Origin: Bacteroidetes bacterium UKL13-3
GTDB lineage: Bacteria; Bacteroidota; Bacteroidia; UKL13-3
Reading direction: 5' to 3'
Assembly (NCBI GenBank): GCA_001602415.1
Contig: CP012155.1
Location: forward strand, 2,874,824 to 2,938,823
Length of the DNA: 64,000 nt
A program made the translations under genes and the position numbers. Below are positions 31,801-39,731 of the stretch, piece after piece (within the stretch, counting starts at the first letter, position 1; the number at the start of each line of letters is the position of its first letter). The notes under the pieces were generated by a model. That model made no database searches. It was not told the origin of the DNA and saw only the letters and a program-made list of their open reading frames with translations.

Positions 31801-33096
31801 GTTACCGAAGGAACAATTTTACCCGGCTTCAAACCTCGTCCGCAATACTTAGGACAAAATTTTGATTCGGATGGACCGGGATTTGACTTTATTCTAGGCT
31901 CTCAAGATCCCGATTTTAGAAACCTCGCAGCACGCAACGGCTGGGTGAGTGCCGACCCTCGATTAACATCGTTTTATACAACAAACTATCAGGAAAACTT
32001 AACCGGAAGAGCTACATTAGAACCCATTACCGATTTGCGTATTGATTTGAATATTTCCCGTACCCAAACCATGAATTCATCTGTATTGTTTAGATATGAT
32101 GATACCACCGAAACGTTTAAGGATGTTAATCAACCATCGGTAACAGGAACTTATTCCATTACCTTTAACGCATGGGCAAGTGCCTTCTCAAAAGAAGGAA
32201 GCAATGGCAATACAGCCGTGTTTGAAACATTCCAAGAAAACAGAAAAGTAATAGCTAACCGTTTGGCTCAAGACCCTAACAAACCTTCACAAGGTCTTGA
32301 CTCACTAGACTTCCCTATTGGATATAGCCGTAATTCACAAGATGTATTGATACCTGCATTTTTAGCCGCCTACGGAGGCACAAATGCTGATGGTGTGAGC
32401 TTATCAGCCTTCCCTAAGATACCTGATGCAAACTGGAAAATTACGTATAATGGTTTATCTAAAATTGATCTCATAAAACAATACGCAAGTAATATTACCC
32501 TCAATCATCAATACACATCAACTTACAATATTGGTTCGTTTCAAACCATTTTAACTGATACAGGTACCAACAGAATTACGGGCGATTACGCACCACAATA
32601 CCAGATAAGGCAAATATCCATTACTGAGCGTTTTGGACCTTTCTTGGGTGTAGACATTACGTTTGTAAACAACATCTCAACCCGTTTGGAATACAAGCGC
32701 GATCGTACACTTAATTTTAACCTTACCAACGGACAACTAAACGAACAAAATGGGAGCGAATGGGTAATTGGTGCAGGATATAAAACAACCAAATTAACGA
32801 TTCCATTTATCCGCAGTAATGGCCGCCAATTGGTGTTAGAAAGTGATATTAATTTCCGGTTGGATTTTGGTATCCGCGACAACGTAACCAAAATTCGTAA
32901 TATTGACCGACCATCAAATGACCCCGTTCAAGGTCAACTCGTGTATACGTTACGACCAACGATTGATTACATGATTAGCCAACAGTTAATGTTGCGTATT
33001 TTCTATGATTACAGAAGAACTGATCCTAAAACATCCAACTCGTTCCCTACCATTATTCAGAGTGGAGGATTCTCTTTAAGATATACTATTCAGTAA
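25894..33096 (+). CDS. sprA: gliding motility / type IX secretion system translocon protein SprA
   Basis: 2400 aa secreted protein immediately downstream of ruvA. The size and composition (Asn/Tyr/Thr-rich beta-barrel) match SprA (~2400 aa in Flavobacterium). The predicted start is TTG at 25894, and the first in-frame ATG would remove the signal peptide. Confidence 0.85.
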   Translation: MLSNSRNTYISFSAVVAIFLSVAWSVSAETFVEKEETKLRKKMWGFAPPDSLLGDSSRIKLPYPIKDRKPYERTTSKNPLDLGEPSNIKNRYDLDPETNSYNYSSKVGGQDYRLPASMSLKDQLKEDGKRKNNDYFRQRSQANNFVSGSGIIPPLRVGPKIFEKIFGSGIIDIRPRGTAELVFSGNFNTVRNPAFAPQQQTIGQFDFRQKIQLNVQGSIGDRMKVNINYDTEATFDFENQVKLDYSGKEDDIIKKIELGNVSLPLNSSLIQGSQSLFGIKTVMQFGKLTVTTIITQQRGKTTETEISGGSQSTRFDIQADAYDMNRHYFLSHYFRDNYDAWLSNLPIIGSPIIINRVEVWVTNRSGSFEGSRDVVGFADLGESDKRDNKKWVVTNPQDIAPNNTTNNLYAYLNGETPLNSNKSGLRSALQVQNELQKDLPRTTLQPISQYQGVSYARLLSPTEYTFNPRLGYISLNQALNNDDVLCVAYEYSFNGRPLKVGEFTTDVPQDPSIPTVLFTKMLKGPSLRPDLPIWDLMMKNIYSLGTFQLQQKDFRLNIVYADDPSGADLNYLPVQNEPQLTGLPLVRVFNLDNLNTQQEKAPDGNFDFIEGVTVSSQQGRIIFPMLEPFGNYLTNKFVNDRSRARYYSFYELYDSTRFAAVQLPQYNKFFLRGIYSGNSSSEISLGQSNIPKGSVRVTANGAPLTENQDFTVDYMLGRVKIINTGLLNSGAVIKVSSESNSLFSVQQKTLLGSRFDYKVNNDILFGGTILYLNERPLTPKVNIGEEPISNMMIGLDGTYTKESRLLTKLVDRLPFIETKEPSNITIKGEYAQLIPGVQSSLANSGTAYLDDFEGSETPFDLRLGNNWFLASTPQGQLDKFPETAVTNKLDYGFKRANLAWYSIASTFYINNAQTPTHIQNDDVQLSDHRVRQVGVNEIYPSRQVQSGQPTNLPTFDLSFYPKERGPYNYTVAGLNADGTLKNPTQTWGGIMRKIEQNDFEASNIDYIEVWMQDPYLSNPNPGNKGQLYINLGNISEDILRDNRRAAENGLPRSADPTLQYVDTTAWGRIGRQPVVNFAFDADPAIRALQDVGLDGFNDDGERTYFDTSYLAKLATTFGINSPAYQNSFSDPSFDNYHYYLGTADYDPAQLSILDRYKKYNKHQGNSPTQTQSTEPFATSATNIPDNEDINRDYTLNDIEEYYQYKIDIDKGRLIVGQNYVTDSIVTPDVPLKNGKKESVTWYQLKIPIREYEKRVGEILDFKSIRFVRLFMSGFENEQVLRFGAFQLVRADWRKYLGNLEAGKEAKPSNPEDDTRFVVSTVNIEKNRFRTPIPYVVPAGIQREIDFSSPQAVQQNEQSLSVLVCNLKDGDARGVFKNIKTDLRQYGKLRMFIHAEGDQTNNGDVTAFIRLGTDLTNNYYEFEIPLTMTRPGQASPEQIWPSENEMIIDLEEFINTKIQRTNANHPFTTPYYRQAGRFKYTVIGLPDLSNLRVAMLGIRNPRAIPGAVDDGLPKCTEVWFNELRMTEFNQRGGWAANGLIQAKLADFANVRLSGSVSTVGFGGIDKKLSERNFDDHYQYDIQSSFELGKFFPKNTGLSIPMFVSYGNILVRPYYNPLNPDTRLQKEIDETTDPLRKEKLKGASDDFTAKRSINFTNVRKNKVGQNTKNHFYDVENFNFTYSFNETFRRNQTMEYYLQQNYKTMSGYSYNFNPKPWEPFSNIIKSKQLSLIKDFNLYFKPQSWGARLETDRRYGVTLDRSNDNLGIKPQTNYDKMYTMTRYYEFRYDISKGLKLDYNATALARIDEPLGNIDSNTPNKKDSIWDNFLKGGRLMQFDQTSRLNYSIPINKIQPLSWITPTYTYTATYQWKQAPPAADSLGNTLSNSRAQAFNTNFNFTMLYNKVPFLRNILNPNQPRKPAPKKEEIKLGKDGKPLKNAKKEEKEKEPAKNPPVLVYTMKVLMSLKNASVAYNVTEGTILPGFKPRPQYLGQNFDSDGPGFDFILGSQDPDFRNLAARNGWVSADPRLTSFYTTNYQENLTGRATLEPITDLRIDLNISRTQTMNSSVLFRYDDTTETFKDVNQPSVTGTYSITFNAWASAFSKEGSNGNTAVFETFQENRKVIANRLAQDPNKPSQGLDSLDFPIGYSRNSQDVLIPAFLAAYGGTNADGVSLSAFPKIPDANWKITYNGLSKIDLIKQYASNITLNHQYTSTYNIGSFQTILTDTGTNRITGDYAPQYQIRQISITERFGPFLGVDITFVNNISTRLEYKRDRTLNFNLTNGQLNEQNGSEWVIGAGYKTTKLTIPFIRSNGRQLVLESDINFRLDFGIRDNVTKIRNIDRPSNDPVQGQLVYTLRPTIDYMISQQLMLRIFYDYRRTDPKTSNSFPTIIQSGGFSLRYTIQ

Positions 33097-33366
33097 CAGA
33101 GGCAAGGTAAAAAAGAATGATAGCAGTACGTATTATTCCAAAATTGAAATAGCATAAAACATTAATAAGACTGTACCGAAGCAAGTGTGGCTTTCTTACT
33201 TTATTAATTTCGAAAATGCCTTTTTGAGGGTCAACAATTTAGTCATTTTCCAAGACCAACATTTTTCTGCTAAGCCACCATAGAGTGCTTTTCCTTTTTT
33301 TTTAACGAAAAAATGGATTTTACCATAAAAATCCGTTATTTAGGCAATTGAATTTCCCAAAAAAAC

Positions 33367-33537
33367 ATGGTTTACCGAAATATAAAATCTTTACTCACGA
33401 TAGCACTTGCCTTGGTCATTTTGGCTAGTTGCAGTCCCACACGTTATAAAGCACCGAAGAAGCCACATAACTCGTTTAGACCCGGAAAGAAGAATAAATG
33501 GATGGAGGAAAAGCGCAGAAACCTTCAGCAATTCTAA
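33367..33537 (+). CDS. possible small lipoprotein (56 aa)
   Basis: ATG-initiated ORF MVYRNIKSLLTIALALVILASCSPTRYKAPKK..., with signal peptide plus lipobox (LASC). It falls below the ORF-track size cutoff. Support is the signal-peptide signature only. Confidence 0.25.
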   Translation: MVYRNIKSLLTIALALVILASCSPTRYKAPKKPHNSFRPGKKNKWMEEKRRNLQQF

Positions 33538-33558
33538 TTCTATCTGTTGATTCCTGCT

Positions 33559-34578
33559 TTACTGGTTTGTTGAGGGATGAGTTGAAAAATAATGAACTTC
33601 ATCATCCCAATGAAGCATTGGTAATATTTTACCCAAGCTGTTTGTTTTGTCTAAAAACGTTTTTAAAAACTGTTGATGTGCCGCTGTATTCGGATTAAGC
33701 GGACGGTGACTTTTAGCTGATACAATCTGCATCACATCATCCATCAATTGTTTAGTGTTATCGTTCATATATGTTTGGCAAAAGTGCTCAAACACAAACT
33801 CAATAGCTTGTTGGTTGGGATGAGCCATATCTTGAGCATAAAACCGATAATCGCGCAATACATCCGTAACCAATTCGTATGCAGGGAAATATGAACACTC
33901 TTCAACCACTTCTGCAAGTTGGTTAGCGGCCTCAATTAATCGGGCTTTACTCCGGTTATTTTCAACAATACCGTCCCTTATATGCTTTACAGGACTTACT
34001 GTAAACACAATTTGCAATGATGGATTCAGTTTACGAATCGTTGTTATTGCATATGTTAATGCTGTTGTTATTTCTTCAATGCTCAATAGCTTTTTGTTAA
34101 ACCACTCTTTCGGTGCTTTGTGGCAATTGGCAACCGGTGTACTTTCCTTTTTAAGTTGATACGAATAAGCTGTTCCCAACGTAATAAATAAAAATGCAGA
34201 CGATAGTAATTGTTGATGCGCCAATTGAATTGCATCATTTATGTGCTTTAGTGTATGTTGTTGATTGATAGATGAAAAATCGGAATGATGAAACCAGCTT
34301 TGCCAAAGTTCATTATATAAAAAAAGTTCGTCAACCGCGTATTGCTTGCAGGTTGCATAATCCTCCAGATGCCTTGATAAACTGATGGGGTCAAACACAA
34401 TACCGGTTGGATTAAACAAAACCTGAAACTTAGCGCGTTGCAATTGCATTCCAATATAATCGGAAAAACACGACCCCAACAATAGCAGCTTATCAGCATA
34501 TGAAAGAGTGTGTTTGGAAGGTTTAGGTTCAAATGGCAGCATCAGCTTCATGGTTGCAATATCACAGTTTTCCTGCAT
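33559..34578 (-). CDS. GSCFA family protein
   Basis: Contains the eponymous LLGSCFSDYIG motif near the N-terminus. A start at the internal Met (34551) is possible. Confidence 0.65.
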   Translation of the reverse strand: MQENCDIATMKLMLPFEPKPSKHTLSYADKLLLLGSCFSDYIGMQLQRAKFQVLFNPTGIVFDPISLSRHLEDYATCKQYAVDELFLYNELWQSWFHHSDFSSINQQHTLKHINDAIQLAHQQLLSSAFLFITLGTAYSYQLKKESTPVANCHKAPKEWFNKKLLSIEEITTALTYAITTIRKLNPSLQIVFTVSPVKHIRDGIVENNRSKARLIEAANQLAEVVEECSYFPAYELVTDVLRDYRFYAQDMAHPNQQAIEFVFEHFCQTYMNDNTKQLMDDVMQIVSAKSHRPLNPNTAAHQQFLKTFLDKTNSLGKILPMLHWDDEVHYFSTHPSTNQ

Positions 34579-34645
34579 TTTGAAACCTATTTAGGTTACA
34601 ATTCGGGGGATTCTCGAATTTTGTTCTACATTTGCCACGCTTTTT

Positions 34646-34996
34646 ATGAATATAGAAGTTTTAAAATCCAAAATTCACAGGGCTAAGCTCACGCAAACTG
34701 AGCTTCACTATGTGGGAAGTATTACCATCGATGAAGCATTGATGGATGCTGCAAATATGATTGAGAATGAAAAAGTACAAGTAGTAAACGTGAACAACGG
34801 TGAACGACTTGAAACTTACATCATTAAAGGAGAACGCAACTCGGGTGTGATTTGCCTTAATGGTCCCGCTGCCCGAAAGGGTTTTGTGGGTGATCATCTC
34901 ATTATCATTTCGTATTGCTCAATGGAATTTGAGGAAGCCAAAAAGCATCAGCCTATTGCTATCTACCCTGATAACAACAACAAACTGATCTCTTGA
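34646..34996 (+). CDS. panD: aspartate 1-decarboxylase
   Basis: [38 protein letters not shown], with the pyruvoyl-forming G-S site. Confidence 0.9.
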   Translation: MNIEVLKSKIHRAKLTQTELHYVGSITIDEALMDAANMIENEKVQVVNVNNGERLETYIIKGERNSGVICLNGPAARKGFVGDHLIIISYCSMEFEEAKKHQPIAIYPDNNNKLIS

Positions 34997-35985
34997 GTCA
35001 ACAGCTAAAATCGGCTATTCAATACGGTATCGTTGCCCTAATTGGGGCTTTCTTCCTTTATTTTGTATTCAAAGGAACCGATTGGAACGATTTGTTGCTG
35101 AAGTTCGAAAGTGCAAACTACTGGTGGATTGCTGCCGGAATGGCTATTTCCATTTTCAGTCATTATATAAGAGCCTATCGAGCTGTTATGTTGTATGATG
35201 TTTTACACTATAACGTAATAGTTAAAAACAGTTTCTATGCTGTGATGATTGGCTATATGATGAATTACATCATACCACGCGCAGGCGAAGTTTCACGTTG
35301 CGCGGCACTTACCAAAACAGATGATATACCGGTAAACAAATCACTCGGAACAGTAGTAACCGAACGCATTTTTGATATGGTTATTTTGCTCGTTATTTTA
35401 CTAGTGGTTTTCCTTTTTCAATTCGACTTGCTTGTACAATTCATCACCACATCCTTAAGTGCAACACCACAAGAACCTTCAGGTTTGAACATCAAATTAC
35501 TATTGCTTATTGCTGTTGCAGTAGGTGGGATAATCCTATTTCTTATTCGTAAAAAACTAGCTACTAACCCTGTATTCATCAAAATCACGGGGTTATTATT
35601 GGGATTTGGTGAAGGTTTGATGAGTATACGCAAAGTGAAAAACCCCCTATTGTTTATTGTGTTATCCGTAGCTATTTGGTTGTGTTATGTGTTGATGATG
35701 TATTTCTGTTTGTTTGCTATGGAAGCTACTTCACATCTCAGCTTTATGGATTGTCTTACCGTATTTGTTATTGGTTCCATCGGAATGATTATTCCGGCTC
35801 CAGGAGCAGGTGCAGGTACCTATCATTTTGCCGTTATGCAATCACTATTATTATTTGGTGTTGCCCAAGCAGATGGTATTGCATACGCTACCATCGTGCA
35901 TGGCGTGCAAATGATTTTGTTACTTGCTGTTGGGGCTGTGTGCTCTTTGTTGGTATTGGCTCAACATAAAAAGAAATTAGCTTAA
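34993..35985 (+). CDS. UPF0104/MprF-like flippase-like integral membrane protein
   Basis: 330 aa with ~8 TM segments. Architecture of lysylphosphatidylglycerol synthase TM-region family. Start overlaps the panD stop (ATGA). Confidence 0.55.
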   Translation: MSQQLKSAIQYGIVALIGAFFLYFVFKGTDWNDLLLKFESANYWWIAAGMAISIFSHYIRAYRAVMLYDVLHYNVIVKNSFYAVMIGYMMNYIIPRAGEVSRCAALTKTDDIPVNKSLGTVVTERIFDMVILLVILLVVFLFQFDLLVQFITTSLSATPQEPSGLNIKLLLLIAVAVGGIILFLIRKKLATNPVFIKITGLLLGFGEGLMSIRKVKNPLLFIVLSVAIWLCYVLMMYFCLFAMEATSHLSFMDCLTVFVIGSIGMIIPAPGAGAGTYHFAVMQSLLLFGVAQADGIAYATIVHGVQMILLLAVGAVCSLLVLAQHKKKLA

Positions 35986-35998
35986 TTTCACTTCTGAA

Positions 35999-36502
35999 AT
36001 GACTCATACCGAATTTATTGAAAACAAAATCTGCACTTCCCCCGAAATGCTCTTACACAAAATTGCAATGTGGAATGACGGGGGTGAAAAAATTGTATTT
36101 ACCAATGGAGTATTTGATTTGTTGCATCGAGGTCATGTTGATTATTTAGCGAAGGCTCGCGACTTAGGTGATCGATTGATTATAGGTGTAAATACCGATG
36201 CTTCGGTGAGCAAATTAAAGGGTCCCCATCGGCCTATTCAAGATGAATATTCACGTATGTTGATTTTGGCTTCGTTTGAATTTGTGGATGCTGTTATTTT
36301 ATTTGGAGATCAAACACCCTATGAGTTGATAAAGATGATGCAGCCTGATATTTTAGTAAAGGGAAGCGATTACAAAGCCGAAGATATTGTTGGCTATGAT
36401 ATTGTGATGGCGAAAGGTGGTTTCGTAAAAACGATTGATTTCATTCCGGGTTTCTCTACCTCATTAATCGAAAAAAAAATCAGACTCAATTCTCAATCCT
36501 AG
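35999..36502 (+). CDS. cytidylyltransferase-like nucleotidyltransferase (RfaE/HldE domain II-like; D-glycero-beta-D-manno-heptose-1-phosphate adenylyltransferase)
   Basis: VFTNGVFDLLHRGHVDYLAKAR ... ILVKGSDY matches the HxGH nucleotidyltransferase signature of RfaE domain II. Confidence 0.75.
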   Translation: MTHTEFIENKICTSPEMLLHKIAMWNDGGEKIVFTNGVFDLLHRGHVDYLAKARDLGDRLIIGVNTDASVSKLKGPHRPIQDEYSRMLILASFEFVDAVILFGDQTPYELIKMMQPDILVKGSDYKAEDIVGYDIVMAKGGFVKTIDFIPGFSTSLIEKKIRLNSQS

Positions 36503-36511
36503 AGTTGCGGA

Positions 36512-36574
36512 GGTTGAGCGAAGTCGAAACCCCAGACGGATTGACTGATTAGTTGGTTTCGACTCCGCTCAACC
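36512..36574. terminator. bidirectional terminator hairpin between convergent cytidylyltransferase and purN genes
   Basis: 20-bp inverted repeat GGTTGAGCGAAGTCGAAACC / GGTTTCGACTCCGCTCAACC (1 mismatch) with a ~23-nt loop. Confidence 0.6.
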
Positions 36575-36648
36575 AACTAATGAACTTCCCTTTATATTTC
36601 ATCCTCTCACATCCAACATCTCAATTATCTCCCGATAGCTATCGGGAC

Positions 36649-37218
36649 TCAAATCCCCCTGAGGTATGCGTCAATTACTTTTGGAAAATGAGTCATCTCC
36701 AATAACGATATTTTGGTAGCAATAGAGTCTAATGTATCCAACGGAGTTACCTTAAACGATTGCTGAAACAGATGTTCTCCTTCATCAAATTTTTCGTTTA
36801 CCAAATGTATGGTAATACCATGTTCGGTTTCTTTTTGGGCAAGCACTGCCTCATGAACATGATGTCCGTACATACCTTTACCCCCAAACTTTGGCAACAA
36901 TGCCGGATGTATGTTGATGATTTTATTGGGAAATTGTTGAACCAAATAAGAAGGTATTAATAATAGAAAACCGGCAAGAATAATTAGATCGGGCTGGTAT
37001 TGCGCAATCAATTGTAAAAACTCCCCTTCGCTATTAAGTTGTTTGCGGGTGATTAACTCCACCGGTACATTCCATTTTGCCATTTTGGAAATAACTCCCG
37101 CTTGTGGATTATTACAAAACAATCCAACTACTTTTACTTCATCATTTTTTGCAAAATACTGGCAAATATTATCGGCATTGGTGCCACTTCCCGAAGCAAA
37201 AATGAGTAGCCGTTTCAT
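36649..37218 (-). CDS. purN: phosphoribosylglycinamide formyltransferase
   Basis: MKRLLIFASGSGTNADNI...NIHPALLPKFGG, the formyltransferase SLLP motif region. Confidence 0.9.
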   Translation of the reverse strand: MKRLLIFASGSGTNADNICQYFAKNDEVKVVGLFCNNPQAGVISKMAKWNVPVELITRKQLNSEGEFLQLIAQYQPDLIILAGFLLLIPSYLVQQFPNKIINIHPALLPKFGGKGMYGHHVHEAVLAQKETEHGITIHLVNEKFDEGEHLFQQSFKVTPLDTLDSIATKISLLEMTHFPKVIDAYLRGI

Positions 37219-38706
37219 TTAAAATTCCAATTCGTTAATCAGTGCTTTTCGAAACAACGAATCTATGTTTCCGTTTCCGTTCAACCGATTCAGCGGAAGT
37301 GTACACACAATCAAATCAGTTTTTCCGGTGCCCACTTTAATGCGCTTGCTCAATACTGTTGAAGCACCCATCCAGGCAGTTGTTCCGTTTACGTTTTGTG
37401 CAAGAATATTTGCCCTGCATGTTGAATCGTAAGTGAACGCTCCCGAAGGTGTGCTAAAGGTAACAAAAGGGCGCGCACTCGATAAGATAGAAGTAGATTT
37501 TAACACAGGCCAGCCACTACCTGCAATATGTGGGTACATTAATTCGCCAATATTCATTCGAAGTGTTACTCCGGCAGGCGGCACCACCAATTCTTGTATA
37601 GGTGTAAAACTGAAAAAAATGGAATTATACGGAAAATCATTAGCCATTTCGCATACCAAAAACATACGACCACCTTGTTGAAAAAAATTGGCCGTAACCA
37701 ATTGCGCCAAGCCAAGGGTGCTGTTTGGATTATCGCTAAACCACACAATGCGCTTATAAAATTCCAACGTTTTAACGATGGTAAACACATCATCGGGCAA
37801 GTCGGAAGCAATACTGATTACCGAATCAAACTGGTTGTATCCGGAACCTAAATTTGATAGTTGTGCATTGTAAAACGTTTGAACCGGACCTTTGGTACTG
37901 TAGTCATTAATCAACAACAAATCAGACTTTGGTCTTTTAATAAAAATAGAATCTTTGGCCCAGGCTGATTTTAATCCCACTCTATCAACTGCACGGATGT
38001 ATATTTTATTTAACTGATTGTACAAAACGCCATTTAACTTATCGGGAAAAGGAACAGAACGGTTGTTTTGATACACGAACAAAACAGTATCAAACACCCC
38101 TGCTGTAACTTGTGCTACAAAACTAGCAGCAATGCTGTTTCCGGTAATAACTAAAGGTGTTTTAGTCGTATCATTCAATACGATTTCGATGTTTTGAATA
38201 TCCAATGGTCCGTCAATATCCGTTGCGGTCCAATAATACCTAAAAGCCGGAAACGCGCTTGTACGTCTGCCCCTAGAATAATCCATTTCCAAAGCAGGTG
38301 CAGAATTTTTTACAGGAAATACCATGATGGCAGGTGTAGGATCTTTCTGCCCCAAATTATCGACTGCTCTCACGTAAATAGGTAAATTTCCACTTTGTTG
38401 CCCTACCGGCAAATTGAGCAAAAATGAGCCCTTTTGATTTTTTGTAAAAGTCCATGTTTGCTGGTTATCGATGGATACTTCATACCCACTGATAAAACCC
38501 TTTTTCGATTCGCCCCACCAGCGTGCTTCAACAGTTGTGGAAAGCAAATTATTGGTATCTCTTCTTATGGAGTCAACAACGGTGTAGGTTTCGGGAAGGG
38601 TTTGGGTATTCTCTGTTCCTTCAAAATCTTTACGACACGAAACGGCAACCACACCGATAAGCACACAAAATAATAGTAGTTTACGCATGAACCTTTGGGT
38701 TTTCAA
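37219..38706 (-). CDS. hypothetical lipoprotein
   Basis: 495 aa, signal peptide with lipobox (VAVSC). No recognised catalytic motifs. Immediately follows purN with no gap. Confidence 0.45.
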   Translation of the reverse strand: MKTQRFMRKLLLFCVLIGVVAVSCRKDFEGTENTQTLPETYTVVDSIRRDTNNLLSTTVEARWWGESKKGFISGYEVSIDNQQTWTFTKNQKGSFLLNLPVGQQSGNLPIYVRAVDNLGQKDPTPAIMVFPVKNSAPALEMDYSRGRRTSAFPAFRYYWTATDIDGPLDIQNIEIVLNDTTKTPLVITGNSIAASFVAQVTAGVFDTVLFVYQNNRSVPFPDKLNGVLYNQLNKIYIRAVDRVGLKSAWAKDSIFIKRPKSDLLLINDYSTKGPVQTFYNAQLSNLGSGYNQFDSVISIASDLPDDVFTIVKTLEFYKRIVWFSDNPNSTLGLAQLVTANFFQQGGRMFLVCEMANDFPYNSIFFSFTPIQELVVPPAGVTLRMNIGELMYPHIAGSGWPVLKSTSILSSARPFVTFSTPSGAFTYDSTCRANILAQNVNGTTAWMGASTVLSKRIKVGTGKTDLIVCTLPLNRLNGNGNIDSLFRKALINELEF

Positions 38707-38821
38707 TCTGCAATAATAACGTATGTAAGGTTAAGTAAAAATTAAATGCTTGAGTAAAATACTCCCGCACTCTTACAAAACATAAATTACTCTGCAAACA
38801 ATTCAAAGAATTTCTTAACGC

Positions 38822-39040
38822 AAAATACTTATCTTTTTAACAACCCATTGTTCATTTTCTCCCAGTATTCGGAGCATATACAATCCTTCTGCGATGTTGG
38901 ACACATCAATGGTTTGTGTTTCCGCATTGCCTTTATACGCAAGGTTGCCTGTTGTATTCCAAAGTTCAAAGGCTTTATGTGGATAAGAGGATTGAATATG
39001 AAGGATGGTGCTTACTGGATTGGGATAAATAAGAAACTAA
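38822..39040 (-). pseudogene. orphan T9SS C-terminal sorting domain remnant, without start codon or upstream body
   Basis: Minus-strand translation gives IYPNPVSTILHIQSSYPHKAFELWNTTGNLAYKGNAETQTIDVSNIAEGLYMLRILGENEQWVVKKISILR*. This is the canonical type-A T9SS CTD pattern (YPNP...idvSnlaeGlYilri...K.ikk). The frame is closed by a stop immediately upstream, at the hairpin CTCTGCACTgaaaGTGCAGAG. Confidence 0.55.
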
Positions 39041-39095
39041 ATTACTCTGCACTGAAAGTGCAGAGGTTTAGAGGAAGAAGAATGAAATTCTTCTT

Positions 39096-39314
39096 TCACG
39101 TCTCGAGAATCATTGTCCCATCAGTATCGTTAGTCGAATCTCGATGATGATCTAAGTACTTTTGTACCATATCATCGGTTATGTTACCTGTACTCCATGC
39201 TCCGTAACCTGAGGCCCAAAAGTGACGACCCCAGTAACGTTTCTCTATCCAAGGATACTCCTGTTGTAACTTACGTGATGTATGACCTTTCAAGCGCTTT
39301 ACCAAATCAATCAC
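39096..39314 (-). pseudogene. IS200/IS605-family Y1 transposase (TnpA) C-terminal fragment
   Basis: 72 aa: VKRLKGHTSRKLQQEYPWIEKRYWGRHFWASGYGAWSTGNITDDMVQKYLDHH matches the C-terminal half of IS200 TnpA, including the catalytic-Tyr region. The N-terminal HuH-containing half is absent from every frame. Confidence 0.7.
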
Positions 39315-39338
39315 ACTTAGTTTAGGAGGGTATTCTGT

Positions 39339-39371
39339 TCACGCTAACATCTTGTTAGTGTGAATTCAGAA
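39339..39371. repeat. 33-bp hairpin-containing repeat TCACGCTAACATCTTGTTAGTGTG(A/T)ATTCAGAA, copy 1
   Basis: Second direct copy at 39561-39593 with 1 mismatch. Contains the hairpin CACGCTAACA-tctt-TGTTAGTGTG. Confidence 0.7.
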
Positions 39372-39481
39372 CGGCAAACGTTGAATGCATCGGAATGCTT
39401 AAGCGCAGCACACACCAAATGAGGCATAATTGTGAGGTTATTTAAAACAGTTAAGATAGGATTAGCATGGGGAATTCTTCT

Positions 39482-39509
39482 TTCGCACTAACGAGACGTT
39501 AGCGCGAAC
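39482..39509. repeat. palindromic repeat TTCGCACTAACGAGACGTTAGCGCGAAC, copy 2 of the 19606 element
   Basis: 27/28 identical to 19606-19633. Confidence 0.7.
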
Positions 39510-39560
39510 TTGGCAACTAATCCTTTTAACCTCAACTGAGGCTTCAATCAACTCCCCAGC

Positions 39561-39593
39561 TCACGCTAACATCTTGTTAGTGTGTATTCAGAA
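39561..39593. repeat. 33-bp hairpin-containing repeat, copy 2
   Basis: Direct repeat of 39339-39371, 222 bp downstream. Confidence 0.7.
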
Positions 39594-39731
39594 GTCAATT
39601 GCTGAACGTATCGGTTAAACAGGGAAGATACACGGAAGGTAAGTCCGCGACAACGATAATTTGCCATCTACTCTGTGTAATTTTTCTTCATTAATACATC
39701 AGTGTAATCTGTGGCAACCCTTCCCGAAAGA

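Noticed and set aside
38848-39147. 99-aa plus-strand ORF
   Set aside because: The opposite strand encodes a clear T9SS CTD remnant and the IS200 TnpA fragment. The plus-strand ORF has no recognisable features.
39600-39731. Possible SRP (4.5S) RNA because of the ACAGGGAAG...GGAAGG string
   Set aside because: The conserved domain IV sequence GGAAGGAAGCAGC and its symmetric loop are not present (GGAAGGTAAGTCC instead). Probably just 3'-UTR sequence of rpoN.
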